A stretch of DNA of 64,000 bases from Eledone cirrhosa (Eukaryota): positions 146,568,001-146,632,000 of the forward strand of contig OZ024741.1 of NCBI GenBank assembly GCA_964016885.1. Direction: 5' to 3'. Positions 1 to 11,894 of the stretch are shown piece by piece (the first letter of the stretch is position 1; the number at the start of each line of letters is the position of its first letter). Both the position numbers and the translations under genes were made by a program. A model generated the notes under the pieces. The model was given only the letters and a program-made list of their open reading frames with translations, did no database searches and was not told the DNA's origin.

Positions 1-123
1 TGTTATAATCAAAAAAGAGAAAAATTAAACAGAGACAAATATAATCTAAGTTTTGCTATAAGGAAAGTCTGTTTGATATTCTTATGATAATTGTATGTTT
101 AGTTCAGTCTTTACTTTTTGACG

Positions 124-400
124 TTATATGTGACATGCCAGTTTTACAGTTATACAGTAGAAGAGGTAAAGACCTAACACGTTCAAGTATTTTGAATATG
201 TAATGTCTGTTTCATAATTTACAATGAATTGATGTATCACCTTAACACCAAGGACAAAACTCTGTGTTGTATCAAAGGCAAATAACTTGATGCTCATATT
301 ATAAATGTTAAGATATAGATGATGTATGCAACTAAAGCTGTCAAAAATCAATATTGCAAACAAAAAAAAACTGAGAACAAAATGTTGATTACACTGGCAA
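124..400 (-). pseudogene. Possible highly decayed piggyBac-type transposase fragment
   Basis: ORF 124-408 contains SIKLFAFDTTQSFVLGVKV and FYCITVKLA, loosely resembling piggyBac GIKLFxLCDxxTxYV and FYTSVxLA blocks; weak, by-eye similarity. Confidence 0.3.
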
Positions 401-1700
401 TATAACATGATAAAGAATAAAAATCACAGGTGGCTAAGTTGAAAGAATGTTAGGACACGGGCTTCAGTTTTTATCTTATTCAGAAACAAGATTTTCTCTT
501 TGCTAGTTCAGAAAACCTTGCTGTAAATAGGAAATTTGAGATTGTAGAATTCCTTACTGAAAAGTGAAGGAGCCTAATAATATTATTGAGTATTCTCTTA
601 TGATCCCAGAGAAGGCTTCAGAAAACTGCTTCAGTATTTAGTCAGTCTGGAGTTGTTTTCCATATTTGAAATCAGCAACATAATTTTATGTCCGTTTTCC
701 ACACTGGCATGGGTTGGACAAATTGTCACAGTCCAAGACTAGATAGGTTGGATCAACCCATCATATGTTCCATATTTGATTTACTACCACTGCCATTTTA
801 TAGAGTGTACTGGGTACACTTTCCATGGCACCAACACTAACATATTAAAAGGTGTACTGGGTACATTTTATTGTGGCATCAACACTATCTTCTTGTTCAG
901 ACTGAAGGGCTCTCTTAAAACCTATATTACTGAAGCCTCTGGGTACTCACTACATTTACATTGAAATGTAAATGAAATTTGAAACTCATACCTATGCAGA
1001 TTTAGCTGACTGACCATCAACGAGGGTTTAGGTGTGTTTTAATGATAGAGTTACCAGTCTGATAATGAAAAGCAGCATGAAATAAAGTGCGTTATTTAAG
1101 AACACAAAATGTCAACTTGTGAAATGAAATCCAATCTCCTAACCACTTGGCCATACACCTTCACTTGCTGGAAAAATGAATATAATGTTAATTATTTTCC
1201 TCATGGAATATTTCTATCTGTTAAATATGTTAACTTAAATATATTAACATTAACTCACTTAATGCAGAAGTATCTTAATTCTGATCTATCTAATAGGTGT
1301 AATAATATGTATAAAGGTTATATGATTGCAACATAAAACATTTCAGAGCTTGTTCTTAGCATGTGCCATAATAATTATCAGAGTGTGATGATACACTATT
1401 CCTGAAGCAAAAAAAAAAAGGAAAAGAAAATTAACTGCTAATTAGGATTAAAATAAGATGAAATAAATATTTTTATTACATATTAATTTCATATCTGCAA
1501 TTTCTATCTAATAAAAAAAGGATATCAAATATAGGAATTTAAAAGATATCTTAATAATGTTTTTATTGATACTTAACATGCATTTAACATTAAGATAAAC
1601 ATGTCATGAAAGCTTTCAATTATTACAGTAAAACATTCATTCATACAAACATATATTCTCATACAATATCACAAACTCACACATATACAGTCCCCTCCCC

Positions 1701-1705
<5 letters not shown>

Positions 1706-1760
<55 letters not shown>
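1706..1760. repeat. (CT)n microsatellite
   Basis: Uninterrupted CT dinucleotide run. Confidence 0.95.
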
Positions 1761-1763
<3 letters not shown>

Positions 1764-1871
1764 CGATACACACATATAGACAGTCTGTTTGTCTGTCTGC
1801 CCTCTCTCTCACCTTTACACACACGTTCACATTCACATAAATACACACAAATATATGCATATTCAAATAAT

Positions 1872-2055
1872 TGTTTCTACTTTTGGCACAAGGCCAGCAA
1901 TTACCCAGTGCGTTACTGGTACTTTATTTTATCGACCCTGTAAGGATGACAGGCAAAGCTAACCTCGGCGGGATTTGAACTCAGAATGGCAAAGGCCATA
2001 ACTCTATGCATCAGAGCATGGCGTCCGACCCTCTACCGATACTGCCAATCCACCT
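1872..2055 (-). mobile_element. tRNA-derived SINE, family A (Meta/MESC-like central domain)
   Basis: Minus-strand A/B-box-like head (TGGCAGTATCGG ... GAGTTCAAATCCC), central TCATCCTTACAGGGTCGATAAAATAAAGTACCAG, 16-bp TSD TGCATATTCAAATAAT at 1856-1871 and 2060-2075; about 20 related copies in the window. Confidence 0.9.
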
Positions 2056-2689
2056 AGTGTGCATATTCAAATAATACACATACATATGCATCACACAATT
2101 AGCGTATACAAATGTACATGCATATATAGGTGTAGGCATTTATATGTAGCTAATAGATTCACTTCACAATCATATATTATCAGATACAATCCTACTGCAC
2201 ATCACCTTGAGGTAGAGTGCTTATAATAAAATGCATCCAGTACATTCTGTAAAGTACTTATTTATTAATGTCAAAGATTCTGAGTTCTACAACCTCCAGG
2301 TTTGATAAAATATACTACCAGTTATGTACTAGTGTCACTGTAATCAACTATACACAAACCTACCCAATATTTGTAACTGACTACCATTTAAAAAAAATAA
2401 TCCTAATTCACTATAAAACCAAAATATTTTTCTTTTGGTTTTCAAATGTGATCTAGCAAAGTTAACTCATAGTTGAAGATAAATAATAGGACCCTCATTA
2501 AAAGACACAAAATACAGTTCTCTATGAAGAAATGAGCTCCATGGAACTCTGTCAACCACAATGACAAATGTTTCAGTTGTTTGTTCAATGGAACACTCTT
2601 CTCATGGCTGAGCATTCCCCAGACATATGTACTCATAACCCATAACATAATTCTGAAGGAGATTCAGATATGGCTGACTCTTTAAATGT

Positions 2690-2842
2690 ACAGTACATCT
2701 GATGGGCCTTCAAACAATTCCCATCTACTCAATATCACTTGCCAGGCATGGGTCAACCTGAAGTTATGGTAAACAACACTTGCCCAAGATGCCATGCAGT
2801 GGGATAAAACCCAGAACCTTATGACAGGTAAACATGGCTAAG
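2690..2842 (-). mobile_element. tRNA-derived CORE-like SINE, family C, decayed
   Basis: RC reads CTGGGTTTTATCCCACTGCATGGCATCTTGGGCAAGTGT; related copies near 20280, 32500, 37500, 41505, 47735. Confidence 0.65.
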
Positions 2843-3744
2843 TGGAAAGTGAGCTAAAAAAGAGGGAAGTTCAAGTATATTCTGTCTACAATTGTAAACT
2901 TATTTTGATCAAGATGGTAATGACTATCTGCAAGTACAGGCCCCATAAGTTGGGGTGGTTGTTTTGGCATAGCTCTTTTACCTTTCTTTAAATATCGCAT
3001 TTAGGACCATGAAACAAGCATAAGATTACATCTTAGTGTCTAGTAGTAGAACATCTCTTTGAAATATTTTTTGACAGTTGAAGTGCAGAAATTGAGACTG
3101 ACCAATCAACATACTTGTGATTTGCTGAGGACTTACAAAACCAATCACATTTTGTTTTTCTCCAGTGACAGGCGGTAGAATTTAAACAGAATAAACAGAG
3201 ATGAATCAGATATACCACAAAGCATCTCCAACACTGTTTGAATATTTTTTTCAATCCACTGCCTTCGATTGGTACTTTATTTAAATTGGCAGAGACTTTA
3301 GGGCATTGGATAAGATGCTTCAACATATATTTTGGCTTACTATGCTCTAGGTTTAAATCCTTCTGAGGCCAACTTCGCTTTTCATTCTTATGGGATTAAT
3401 CAAATAAAGTACCAGTCTAGCAGCGGTGGAGTGATGAAATTGTTAAAAAATAAACAGGATGATTTGCAGTACCTGATCTGGCTCTGTGAATCCTAAGTTT
3501 AAATGTCACCTCTTTCTGCCAGCACTTAGTATAAGCAAAGGAAAGACTAATAGACACATTGTTTACTTGGTATGATCTGATGATCGACTCTTTCTTTTCC
3601 CTTTTTTTTTATTGACCTTGAAAGGATGAAAATCAAAATTGACCTCAAGAGGATTTGAACTCAGTGTGCAGAGATCAATAAAAACAATTCTAGTTGTAGA
3701 GTGAGAAATTAATAATAATGTAGAACCGATTAATAAAGACACTT

Positions 3745-3916
3745 CACTGTAAATGTGGTTGGTGTTAGGAAGGGCATCCAACTGTAGAAAACCCGCCAGA
3801 CAGTCCTATGTGAGCAAGACAACCACTCTTGCCTCAAGTGGGAAAACCCCCGTCCAAACCCATGCAAGCGTGGAACACGGACGCTAAACCTGATGATGAT
3901 GATGATGATGATGATG
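3745..3916 (+). mobile_element. RTE LINE 3' end fragment with (GAT)n tail
   Basis: Near-identical to the 3' end of the RTE at 8447-8610; ends in (GAT)n. Confidence 0.9.
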
Positions 3917-4558
3917 ACTTCAGCATGAAGTAGTTTTTGATTCAGACACAGTACACACTTCAGTTGGACAGAGATGTTAATTATCGATACAGACAGACTG
4001 ACAAACAAACAGAGAGTCAAACAGGCAGACTCACGTTATAAACTTCAAGCAATAGAAACTCTTTAACGAACAACATTAAAATTGTCAAGACATTTGTTGT
4101 TGTTCTGACTTCAGCAATATTTCCTCTATTGTCTAAGAAGCAAATAAATATCTGAATGTTTTATATTGCAAAGTGAAAGGAGGAGTGTAAAATAGTTTGA
4201 TTCCTTTTATTCATTCTCTTTTCACATAAACCATATATGCCAGGTACCTCTCAAATGGAATTTATGTATGTGTATATATATATTTGTTCAGGTTTTCTAT
4301 GCTAAGATATTTTCTATTCTCTCTTTCTCTTTCTCTCACTCTCCCTCTCCCTCTCCTAGAAAATGTAAATTCACACACTTTATTTCTATCCACCCATCGT
4401 TCTTATTCAGTTTGTTCTTTACTACCAAGGTTTTAATTATTCATTGTGAAAATAAAATGAAAAATCAAGAAACATATCACCGCCAACATAATGCATGAAT
4501 AAATATAACAGAAAAAAAAATGAAAAAGTGTATATATACTGCTAGGACTATACACACA

Positions 4559-4560
<2 letters not shown>

Positions 4561-4609
<49 letters not shown>
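4561..4609. repeat. (TA)n microsatellite
   Basis: Pure TA run. Confidence 0.95.
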
Positions 4610-4612
<3 letters not shown>

Positions 4613-5084
4613 ATTCTCTTTTCATATGCAATGAAAGGCATCAGATACAAAAGTTATATGGAAAGGTAAATCAAATAGGTGCTTCACAGTATATTGATTT
4701 TAAGTTTTAAGAACTTAGATTGTTAAAAAATAAAACTTGAATATATTTTTAGGAGCTGTTTTCTAACTGTATCTTACTACATACATATACACACAGACAC
4801 ACACATTTACTGAGAGGTAACTATGTCCACAATACACCCTGGATAATGTTCATTCTTTGTTTAATACATGGCAACATACAGAAAATAAACACATCTTTCT
4901 ATCATTATTTTGAACTATTAACTAAAGCCACATTAACAAAATATTCTTGAAAAGTACAGAACAGTACTATGATTGCCTCATATTAAAAGGTAACATCTTA
5001 AGTCTTACAACTCTGCAAACTTTCACAACAATCTCTCCACTAGTAAAGATACTATTAACATGGCCCACAAGCAACAGTTACCCT

Positions 5085-5315
5085 CTTTAACTGATGTGAT
5101 ACCAAACTGCCTTGTTCAAAAGCCATTTGTTTTGAAGTATTTATATTTATCTAAAACCTTCCATCATAATTTTATGTAAAAACCTTTGTTAAGTTATGCT
5201 CCAAACACCAAGTTATTTATCTTACAAAATCCTTCCAAATTCTCAATTATTTTCAAAATGATTTATAAATCACAGGAAGTGTCTTCCATTAGAAATATGG
5301 TAATGAAAGGGTTAA
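5085..5315. mobile_element. TTAA-flanked piggyBac-like MITE copy
   Basis: Ends CATTAGAAATATGGTAATGAAAGGG-TTAA; internal sequence shared with 38764-38955 and other copies. Confidence 0.7.
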
Positions 5316-5339
5316 TTAATATGTATATGTGTAACACTT

Positions 5340-6350
5340 GTCTGATCTTCAGAGAAGAAAATGCTATTTTTATTTCTCCTGCCGTAAGACAACTACCTTG
5401 GATAATTAGGCTGTTTACTGTGCAAATCTTCATTAGAAGATTTAGAAGAACCGATTTTATTTTAATTCTTATTTTTTCTTAATTTGCATTTATATGAACG
5501 AAAACCAGCCAAACAACATAAATCTACCATAATCATTTACTTAAGGAACAAATAGTTTAAACAAGATTTCCAGTTTTCCATGGTTTCTGTGTAATAAACA
5601 TAATTTTGCTGCTGTGATGGCTGTTACCATCTGATTATTGTGGCTAATAGCAGCAAAATTAGCGATATTGATCAAATGCTCCAGGATGTATGGAGCAATG
5701 AAACAATTTACAGAGGAATTAAGTTACTCTAAACATTTCTCGGATAAATATAGCAGAAAAGTCAGAATTTGTTCCAATATTGCTACTGTGTACTTATCTA
5801 ACTAAGGGATCGATTTAATAAATTTTATCTCAAGTGTTGAGTAAATAATTTTCTGCTTACAACTGGTATGTTCCATGATTACATTCAATGCTAACTAAAT
5901 ATGGAAATTTTCACAAGCTATGTATCTTTTTTTAATACAGCTTCAACTTAACTCTTAACATTCTGTAATGATTGAGCAGAAACTGATTTGTTAATCCAAA
6001 TGTTTTAGTATCTTTGTTTATATTATCACTGTAAAAGTTTTCAGCATTAGAGCAAAAATTATAAATTTCAATGTGATGCCTAAGGGTGTTTTGTACTTTT
6101 CATGAATATCATTATATTGTGGTTTCTTTCATGTGGCTTGTTGATTCAAATATTCATAATATCTTTACTAGTGGACAGATCATTGTGGACATTTGTTGTA
6201 AACTAATGTAAAGACTTTAATGTTTAATATGATAAAGTCAGAGTTCTGTTTTGTATTTTTCAAGAATGTCTTGATATTAAGAGTTAATATATTACTATTT
6301 TAATTGACCAAATTGATTCTTCCTTTATCTACAGTTCTTCATTTGTCTTC
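5340..6350 (-). pseudogene. Highly decayed Penelope-like (Neptune-type) reverse transcriptase relic
   Basis: Manual minus-strand translation gives, in order and across stops/frameshifts, VDKGRIN, IHEKYKTPLG, LALNVIMEHT, IAPY, ETMENWKSCLNY, EDLHSKQPNYPR*LSY..KNSIFFS, matching PLE DKG / KIHK..P / thumb TDLYxKPT..YL..KxSIPYS. Confidence 0.4.
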
Positions 6351-6628
6351 ATTTATCTAAGGTTCTCTGGAAAGTACAGTGTAAACTACTTTTAAGTGCA
6401 ATATTTTGTTACATGCTAAATATAATTTAATGTCAGATTTAGAATCAACAACACTAGTTAATATTGTTAATACTTCCATTGGTTCTAGTCACAAGGCTCA
6501 ATTTTTAAAACACCAATTACAAAATACACCAAAATTATTACCCTATTGAAAGCAACACTAATCTAAACTTTGTGTTGGGCTACCAACAGTGATTCCAAGT
6601 GTATCAACAAATAAGTCCTCATTGTTGT

Positions 6629-6951
6629 CTTGATTTTTACAGCTGGATGCCCTTCCTAACACCAACCTCATTTACAGTGAGTACTGAGTGCTTTTTACTG
6701 TGGCGCCTACACGACCACTTTACAGTGTGGACAAAAAAGCACCCAGTCCACACTGTAAAGTAGTCGTATGAGCACCACGGTAAAATGCACCTAGTACTCA
6801 CTGAAAATGAGGCTGGTGTTATGAACGGCATCCAGTTGTAGAGATCAAGCCAAAATTAGTTCTGTATGAGCAAGACGTGGTCATCTGACTTGGCATTGCC
6901 CATGCTAGTGTGGAAGAATGGACGTAAAATTCTGATGATGATGATGATGAT
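6629..6951 (+). mobile_element. RTE/SINE 3' tail copy with fold-back inverted 5' half
   Basis: 6629-6732 is the reverse complement of 6746-6848; ends in (GAT)n. Confidence 0.85.
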
Positions 6952-7419
6952 TATCTGTCTCTATACGTTTCAACGAAATACAGACACTTCAATCTAACTA
7001 TATTTCTAATGAAATACAATGTCAATATGTTTGAAAATAATTGAGAATATGAAGCAATTTATGAAAAGAACTAACACATTAACTCTTTCTTTACCATATC
7101 TTTAATGAAAGATGCCACATATAACTGTCATTTAATTTTGAAAATAATCAAGAATTTAGAGGAATTTAGTAATATAACTAACTTTCTCATTAGTTAATGT
7201 TTGGAACATAACTTTATAAAAATTCTTACATAATATTATAATGGAATTCTTTTTTTCAGATGAATATTAGCACATACAAAACAGTTTTGTATCATAGAAC
7301 CAGATGTGATTTCAGGTAGTTTAATCTGGTGCTTAAAACATAACTGAACAAAAGCTTCTTACATAAAATTAGGATGGAAGAATATTAATTAAATATTCAT
7401 AGAAAATATTCATAGAAAA

Positions 7420-7897
7420 TATTCATAGAAAAATGAGAAAACTCAATGCTAGAACAGCTGTTAAAACAGCTGAATTGTCAAAATTCTGGGCAAAAAATGC
7501 ATCAGGAAAAGGACCAGCCACCAGCGATTGGCAGAGTTAATCCACGAGGTGGATGACAGGCAGATGAAACATAGAAAAGATTGAGAGAGGAATAGGGCAA
7601 GGAAAAACGTCTGAGAGCTGATGAGGGGAAAGTTGTGTATGTGAACTTGTCCTGTACATTGCCCTTCTTTATTTATTTCTTCCAGTCACTTCTGTGAGCC
7701 AATACACTTTTCCTTGCCCTACTCCTCTCTCAATCTTTTCTGTTTCACATGCCTGTCACCCATCTCATGGATTGACTCTCTGACGCCCACTGGTCTCTGT
7801 CCTGAGGCATCTTTGCCCATTATCACTCTCTTTGACAGCATTTAGCTGTCTCAACAGCTGTTCTAACATTATTTTCTGATTTTTCTATGAATTCTAA
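7420..7897. repeat. Long diverged inverted repeat (arms about 190 bp)
   Basis: e.g. AGAAAAGATTGAGAGAGGAATAGGGCAAGGAAAA versus TTTTCCTTGCCCTACTCCTCTCTCAATCTTTTCT; sits within TTAA-MITE sequence (7079-8005). Confidence 0.85.
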
Positions 7898-8446
7898 TAT
7901 ACTCTCACCTCATCTCAACAAGAGACATCAATGTTTATTCATTTAAGATTTAAAAGAAGTTTTGTATCAGAGAACCTGAGGTAGGTTGGTATCAAAAGGG
8001 TTAAACTAACCCAATTAACAAAACTTATGTGGCATTCCCTTACTGGCACAATAGATAACATAAATCAAACTCTGCATGCTAAAGGATTAACTTTTCGAGG
8101 GATATTGGAACATTGAATATTTGCTTTACAAAACATGTAGGCACCAATCATTCAGCCTGTGTGCTCAGTTCAAGAGGAAATTTACATATCTAATGAGAGA
8201 AATAAATCTAACAAATCAGTAAAAGTGCATGTCCTAGTGGTTAGGGTGTTGGACTTATGATTATAAGGTTGTGAGTTTGAATCCTTGATCAGACAATGTA
8301 TCATGTTCTTGAACAAGATGCTTCATTTCACATTGCTTTTCATGGTAGGACTGGGGCTTTTACCACTAAAACACCCAAGAAACTTCCTATGAATTTCAGC
8401 TTCATGGGAGACCAGCTAAACCTTCATATGTGTGAGCTGTTATATA

Positions 8447-10440
8447 TCATCATCATCATCATCATCAACGTTTAACGTCCGTGTTCCACGCTTGCATGGG
8501 TTTGGACGGGGGTTGTCCCACTTGAGGCAAGAGTGATTGTCTTGCTCGCATAGGACTGTCTGGCAGGTTTTCTACAGTTGGATGCCCTTCCTAACACCAA
8601 CCACATTTACAGTGTGGGTCTGGGAGGTTTTTACCGTGTTGCCTATACGGCCACATTACAGCGTGGACTGTGTGTTTTTTTGTCGTGACACCTACACGAT
8701 CTCATTTGTTTCGGCCTCGATGGCGCGGCACCAACATAACTTTACATAGAACGGGGTGGTGTGGATGGGGTGGGGGTGGTGGCGGGACGGGGTGTATTTT
8801 GTTAGAGATGCCTACTGGCAAGGCGGGTCTTCTCTGTTACTGAGTACCGCCAAAGGTCTCGGTCCAGTGACATTGTCTTGGAGAGGTGTAAGTGTGTGAT
8901 GTCGGAGTTTATCAGCTCGTCCCAGGTTTTTCTAGGTCTGCCTATTCCATGGCTACCGTCTATCTTTATTGCCCTGCACTTTGTTATACAGCTATCGACT
9001 TTCATGCGCATCACGTGTCCATACCAACGTAGCCTTCTCTCGAGTAAACAACATCTGATCCCTCTTATCTCTAATTTTTTCCTTAGTTCGTTTATGCTTT
9101 GCCGTTCACGTATATTACTGTTACACATCCAGCGGAGCATGCAAGCTTCGTTCCTCTCTAGTCTGCGTATATCCTCTGCACACAATGCCCAGGTCTCACT
9201 GCCATGCAGCATTGCTGTTCGTATGCAGGCATCGTACAACCTGCCTTTCATTTTTAGGGAGAACCCTTTAGCAGCTAATAGTGGTATAAGCTCTCTGAAC
9301 TTTTTCCAACCAGTTCTGACTCTAGCTACAGTACTTTCAGAGCACCCTCCCCCACTGCTGATTTTATCGCCCAGGTAACGGAAGCTGTCCACTATTTCTA
9401 TAGAACCCTCTGCGCAATTGAAAGAGCTAGTATTTTGTGGGCACTTGCTGCTACTTATTGCACCAGAACAACGGCCACATGTAAAATCTATGTTCTTAGT
9501 TAGCTTACCTGTGATCCCACTACATCTTTTATGCACCCATACTTTGCATTTAGGACATAAAATGGAGTTTCTACCTACGCCTTTCCTACACACCGAGCAC
9601 GACCATTTCCCAGAAGGGACCGCCGCCTTGTTTTCTTTCCTACAAACTAGTACTTTGGTCTTAGCCAGGTTAATTTTAAGTCCTTTTGACTCTAGGCCGT
9701 GCTTCCATGTTTGGAATTTCTTCTCTAGCTCGGCCATTGATTCCGCTATGAGTGTCAGGTCGTCTGCGTATAGGAGTTCCCATGGGCAGCCTGTCTTGAA
9801 CTCCTCTGTTATAGCCTGAAGGGCAATAATAAATAGTAGTGGGCTGAGAACAGAGCCCTGATGGACGCCAACTTTTACGCTAAACTCTTCACTATATTCG
9901 TTGTTAATTCTAACCTTGCTGACTGTTTCTTTATACATGGCTTGTATAGCCCTCACAAGCCATTCGTCAACGCCTAGTTTTCTAAGAGCCCACCAGATAA
10001 TGGAGCGGGGGACTCTGTCGAAGGCTTTCTCCAAGTCGACAAAAGCTAAGTAGAGGGGTTTACCTTTAGCTAGGTACTTCTCCTGTAGTTGTCGTACTAT
10101 GAAAAGAGCGTCTGTGGTACTTTTGCCTGACACAAACCCGAACTGCATTTCATCTAGGTCAATTCTCTCTCTGATTAGTTGCGCTATTACTTTTTCCGTG
10201 ACCTTCATGACCTGGTCGATTAATTTAATGCCTCTATAGTTACTCCTATCTAGGGCGTCTCCTTTACCCTTATAACAGTTAACGATGATGCTGCTATGCC
10301 AGTCCTTCGGAACAACCCCATTCTGTACGACTTGGTTAACTATGCGGGTGACCATGGTGTGTCCCACCGTGCCAGATGCCTTCAGCATCTCAGCAACTAT
10401 TTCCGAAGGCCCAGCCGCCTTACCCGTCTTCATATCCTTG
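8447..10440 (-). mobile_element. Young 5'-truncated RTE-clade non-LTR retrotransposon
   Basis: Intact RT ORF, about 350-nt 3' UTR, (GAT)n tail at 8447-8466; 5' junction abuts (TA)n; CpG-rich relative to the flanks. Confidence 0.95.
8802..10433 (-). CDS. RTE-type reverse transcriptase (EN domain truncated) with inserted PHD finger
   Basis: Motifs NYRGIKL, QFGF, FVDLEKAFDRVP, GVHQGSVLSPLLF, LLYADD, FRYLG, RLRWYGHVMRM, GRPRKTW; C4HC3 insert at 9468-9599. Confidence 0.95.
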   Translation of the reverse strand: MKTGKAAGPSEIVAEMLKASGTVGHTMVTRIVNQVVQNGVVPKDWHSSIIVNCYKGKGDALDRSNYRGIKLIDQVMKVTEKVIAQLIRERIDLDEMQFGFVSGKSTTDALFIVRQLQEKYLAKGKPLYLAFVDLEKAFDRVPRSIIWWALRKLGVDEWLVRAIQAMYKETVSKVRINNEYSEEFSVKVGVHQGSVLSPLLFIIALQAITEEFKTGCPWELLYADDLTLIAESMAELEKKFQTWKHGLESKGLKINLAKTKVLVCRKENKAAVPSGKWSCSVCRKGVGRNSILCPKCKVWVHKRCSGITGKLTKNIDFTCGRCSGAISSSKCPQNTSSFNCAEGSIEIVDSFRYLGDKISSGGGCSESTVARVRTGWKKFRELIPLLAAKGFSLKMKGRLYDACIRTAMLHGSETWALCAEDIRRLERNEACMLRWMCNSNIRERQSINELRKKLEIRGIRCCLLERRLRWYGHVMRMKVDSCITKCRAIKIDGSHGIGRPRKTWDELINSDITHLHLSKTMSLDRDLWRYSVTEKTRLASRHL

Positions 10441-10639
10441 ATTTATATATATATATATATAATGACAGAAATAGAGCTGCTATCATTAAAAGACCAAAGA
10501 AACCTCCTATTTGCTACAACCTCTTAGGCGAATGGATAAACCTGCATATAGATATAAGTTATGAATTTCATTTAATTTTTAATTTATCTAATGAATTGCC
10601 ATTCTAGCTTAGCGGATGTGATATGCTGAGAGTTTTAAA

Positions 10640-11150
10640 AACCGAACAGCAATGATAACTTCAAGAAAAACAGGTGGATGTGGAAAAAACTTATGCTTTG
10701 TTCACAGTTTGTTATTAATCCATTCTGAAATGGCCAAAGGATAAAGATAAACAATTATAAATAGATTCCCTCTATGCACAGTTTCTTTTCTTCACAACTG
10801 TTTCGATATTCCTTAGTGTTATTGTTAATCTATAATGTGTTTCTATTTTCCAAATGTTATTTGGTTCCTCATTGGAGTAAAATCAACACAGGTGCAATAA
10901 CATTGTTCCTGCTTGTTTGAAAGATCGTTCCACTGATGCATATGTGATTTTAGAATTCTTTGCTATGATCTCTCATTCCCAAGAGCATTGGTCTCAAAAT
11001 ATTTATATACCTATCAATATTCTTTATTTAGTTAGTGTTAATTTTTGCACCTCACAATCATCGATAAAGTGTTACATCTAATAGATATTACATCTTCAGT
11101 TTATTTTAAACTTCTTATAAAGAATGCTACCTTCTTTAGAGACTAGATTG
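10640..11150 (-). pseudogene. Decayed Penelope-like thumb/linker/GIY-YIG relic
   Basis: Manual translation: KEGSILYKKFKIN*RC, ILKSH, QCYCTC, GISKQL*RKETVHR, EWINNKL*T, matching the order of Neptune-type KxSIPYSQ..RRIC / CxxCxxC / GxTxxxLRxRxxxHR / E.WIxKLxT. Confidence 0.45.
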
Positions 11151-11765
11151 GTTAGTAGCTGTTACAGGTTCAGGAAATAGAGTGTAAAACCTCTAATGGG
11201 GAAGAAGAGAAACTCAATCTATTTTTATATTTGAGGAACAAAGGTGTGTATAGTAAATAAGTATTTCTGGGAATATTTTTAATACCAAAAGATTATGTGC
11301 TTCAACTTTAACCCATTTGGCACCAACCCACCCAAAACCAACCTTGTTTGTTTTAAAATGTTTATATTTTTTCTAAAACCCTCAATCATAATTTTATATA
11401 AAAAAAATTTGTCCAGTCATGTTCTAAACACCAACTTAATAATGATTACTTATTTTAGCACAAGGCCACCAATTTTTGGAAGAGGCGAAAATCAATTATA
11501 TCAACATCAGTACTTGGCTGGTACTTTAATTTATCAATTTTAGAAGGATGAAAGGCAAAGTTGAGCTCAGCAGGATTTGAATTCAGAATGTAGTGGGCTG
11601 TAAAGAAATACTGAAAAACATTTCAACCAATGCTCTAATAATTCTGCCAACCGACAAGCCTCAAAATACCACCTTGATAATAGAGAAGTTAGTTAACCCC
11701 TCCAATTACTTGATTATTTTCAAAATATTTTGAAAACTATAGGCTGTGTTTTTTTATTAAAAATA

Positions 11766-11843
11766 CAGGGTGTCCATAAAATCTGTGTGCAATTTAAAAT
11801 ACTACAAGTATTTGAATTACACACAGACCTTATGGACATCCTG
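11766..11843. mobile_element. 78-bp Tc1/mariner-type MITE
   Basis: TA-CAGGGTGTCCATAA...TTATGGACATCCTG-TA; about 36-bp TIRs with a short spacer; inserted at a TA of a TTAA-MITE end (AAAATA|TGGTAATGAAAGG). Confidence 0.9.
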
Positions 11844-11894
11844 TATGGTAATGAAAGGATTACGATAATACTCTGTTATAATAATTTCTTACAT

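Noticed and set aside
3890-3916. CTGATGA motifs at the start of (GAT)n tails (also at about 6932)
   Set aside because: No stem II, GAAA or stem I; by-product of the repeat tail
8878-9819. Plus-strand ORFs of 166 and 133 aa
   Set aside because: Antisense shadows of the RT ORF with no recognisable motifs
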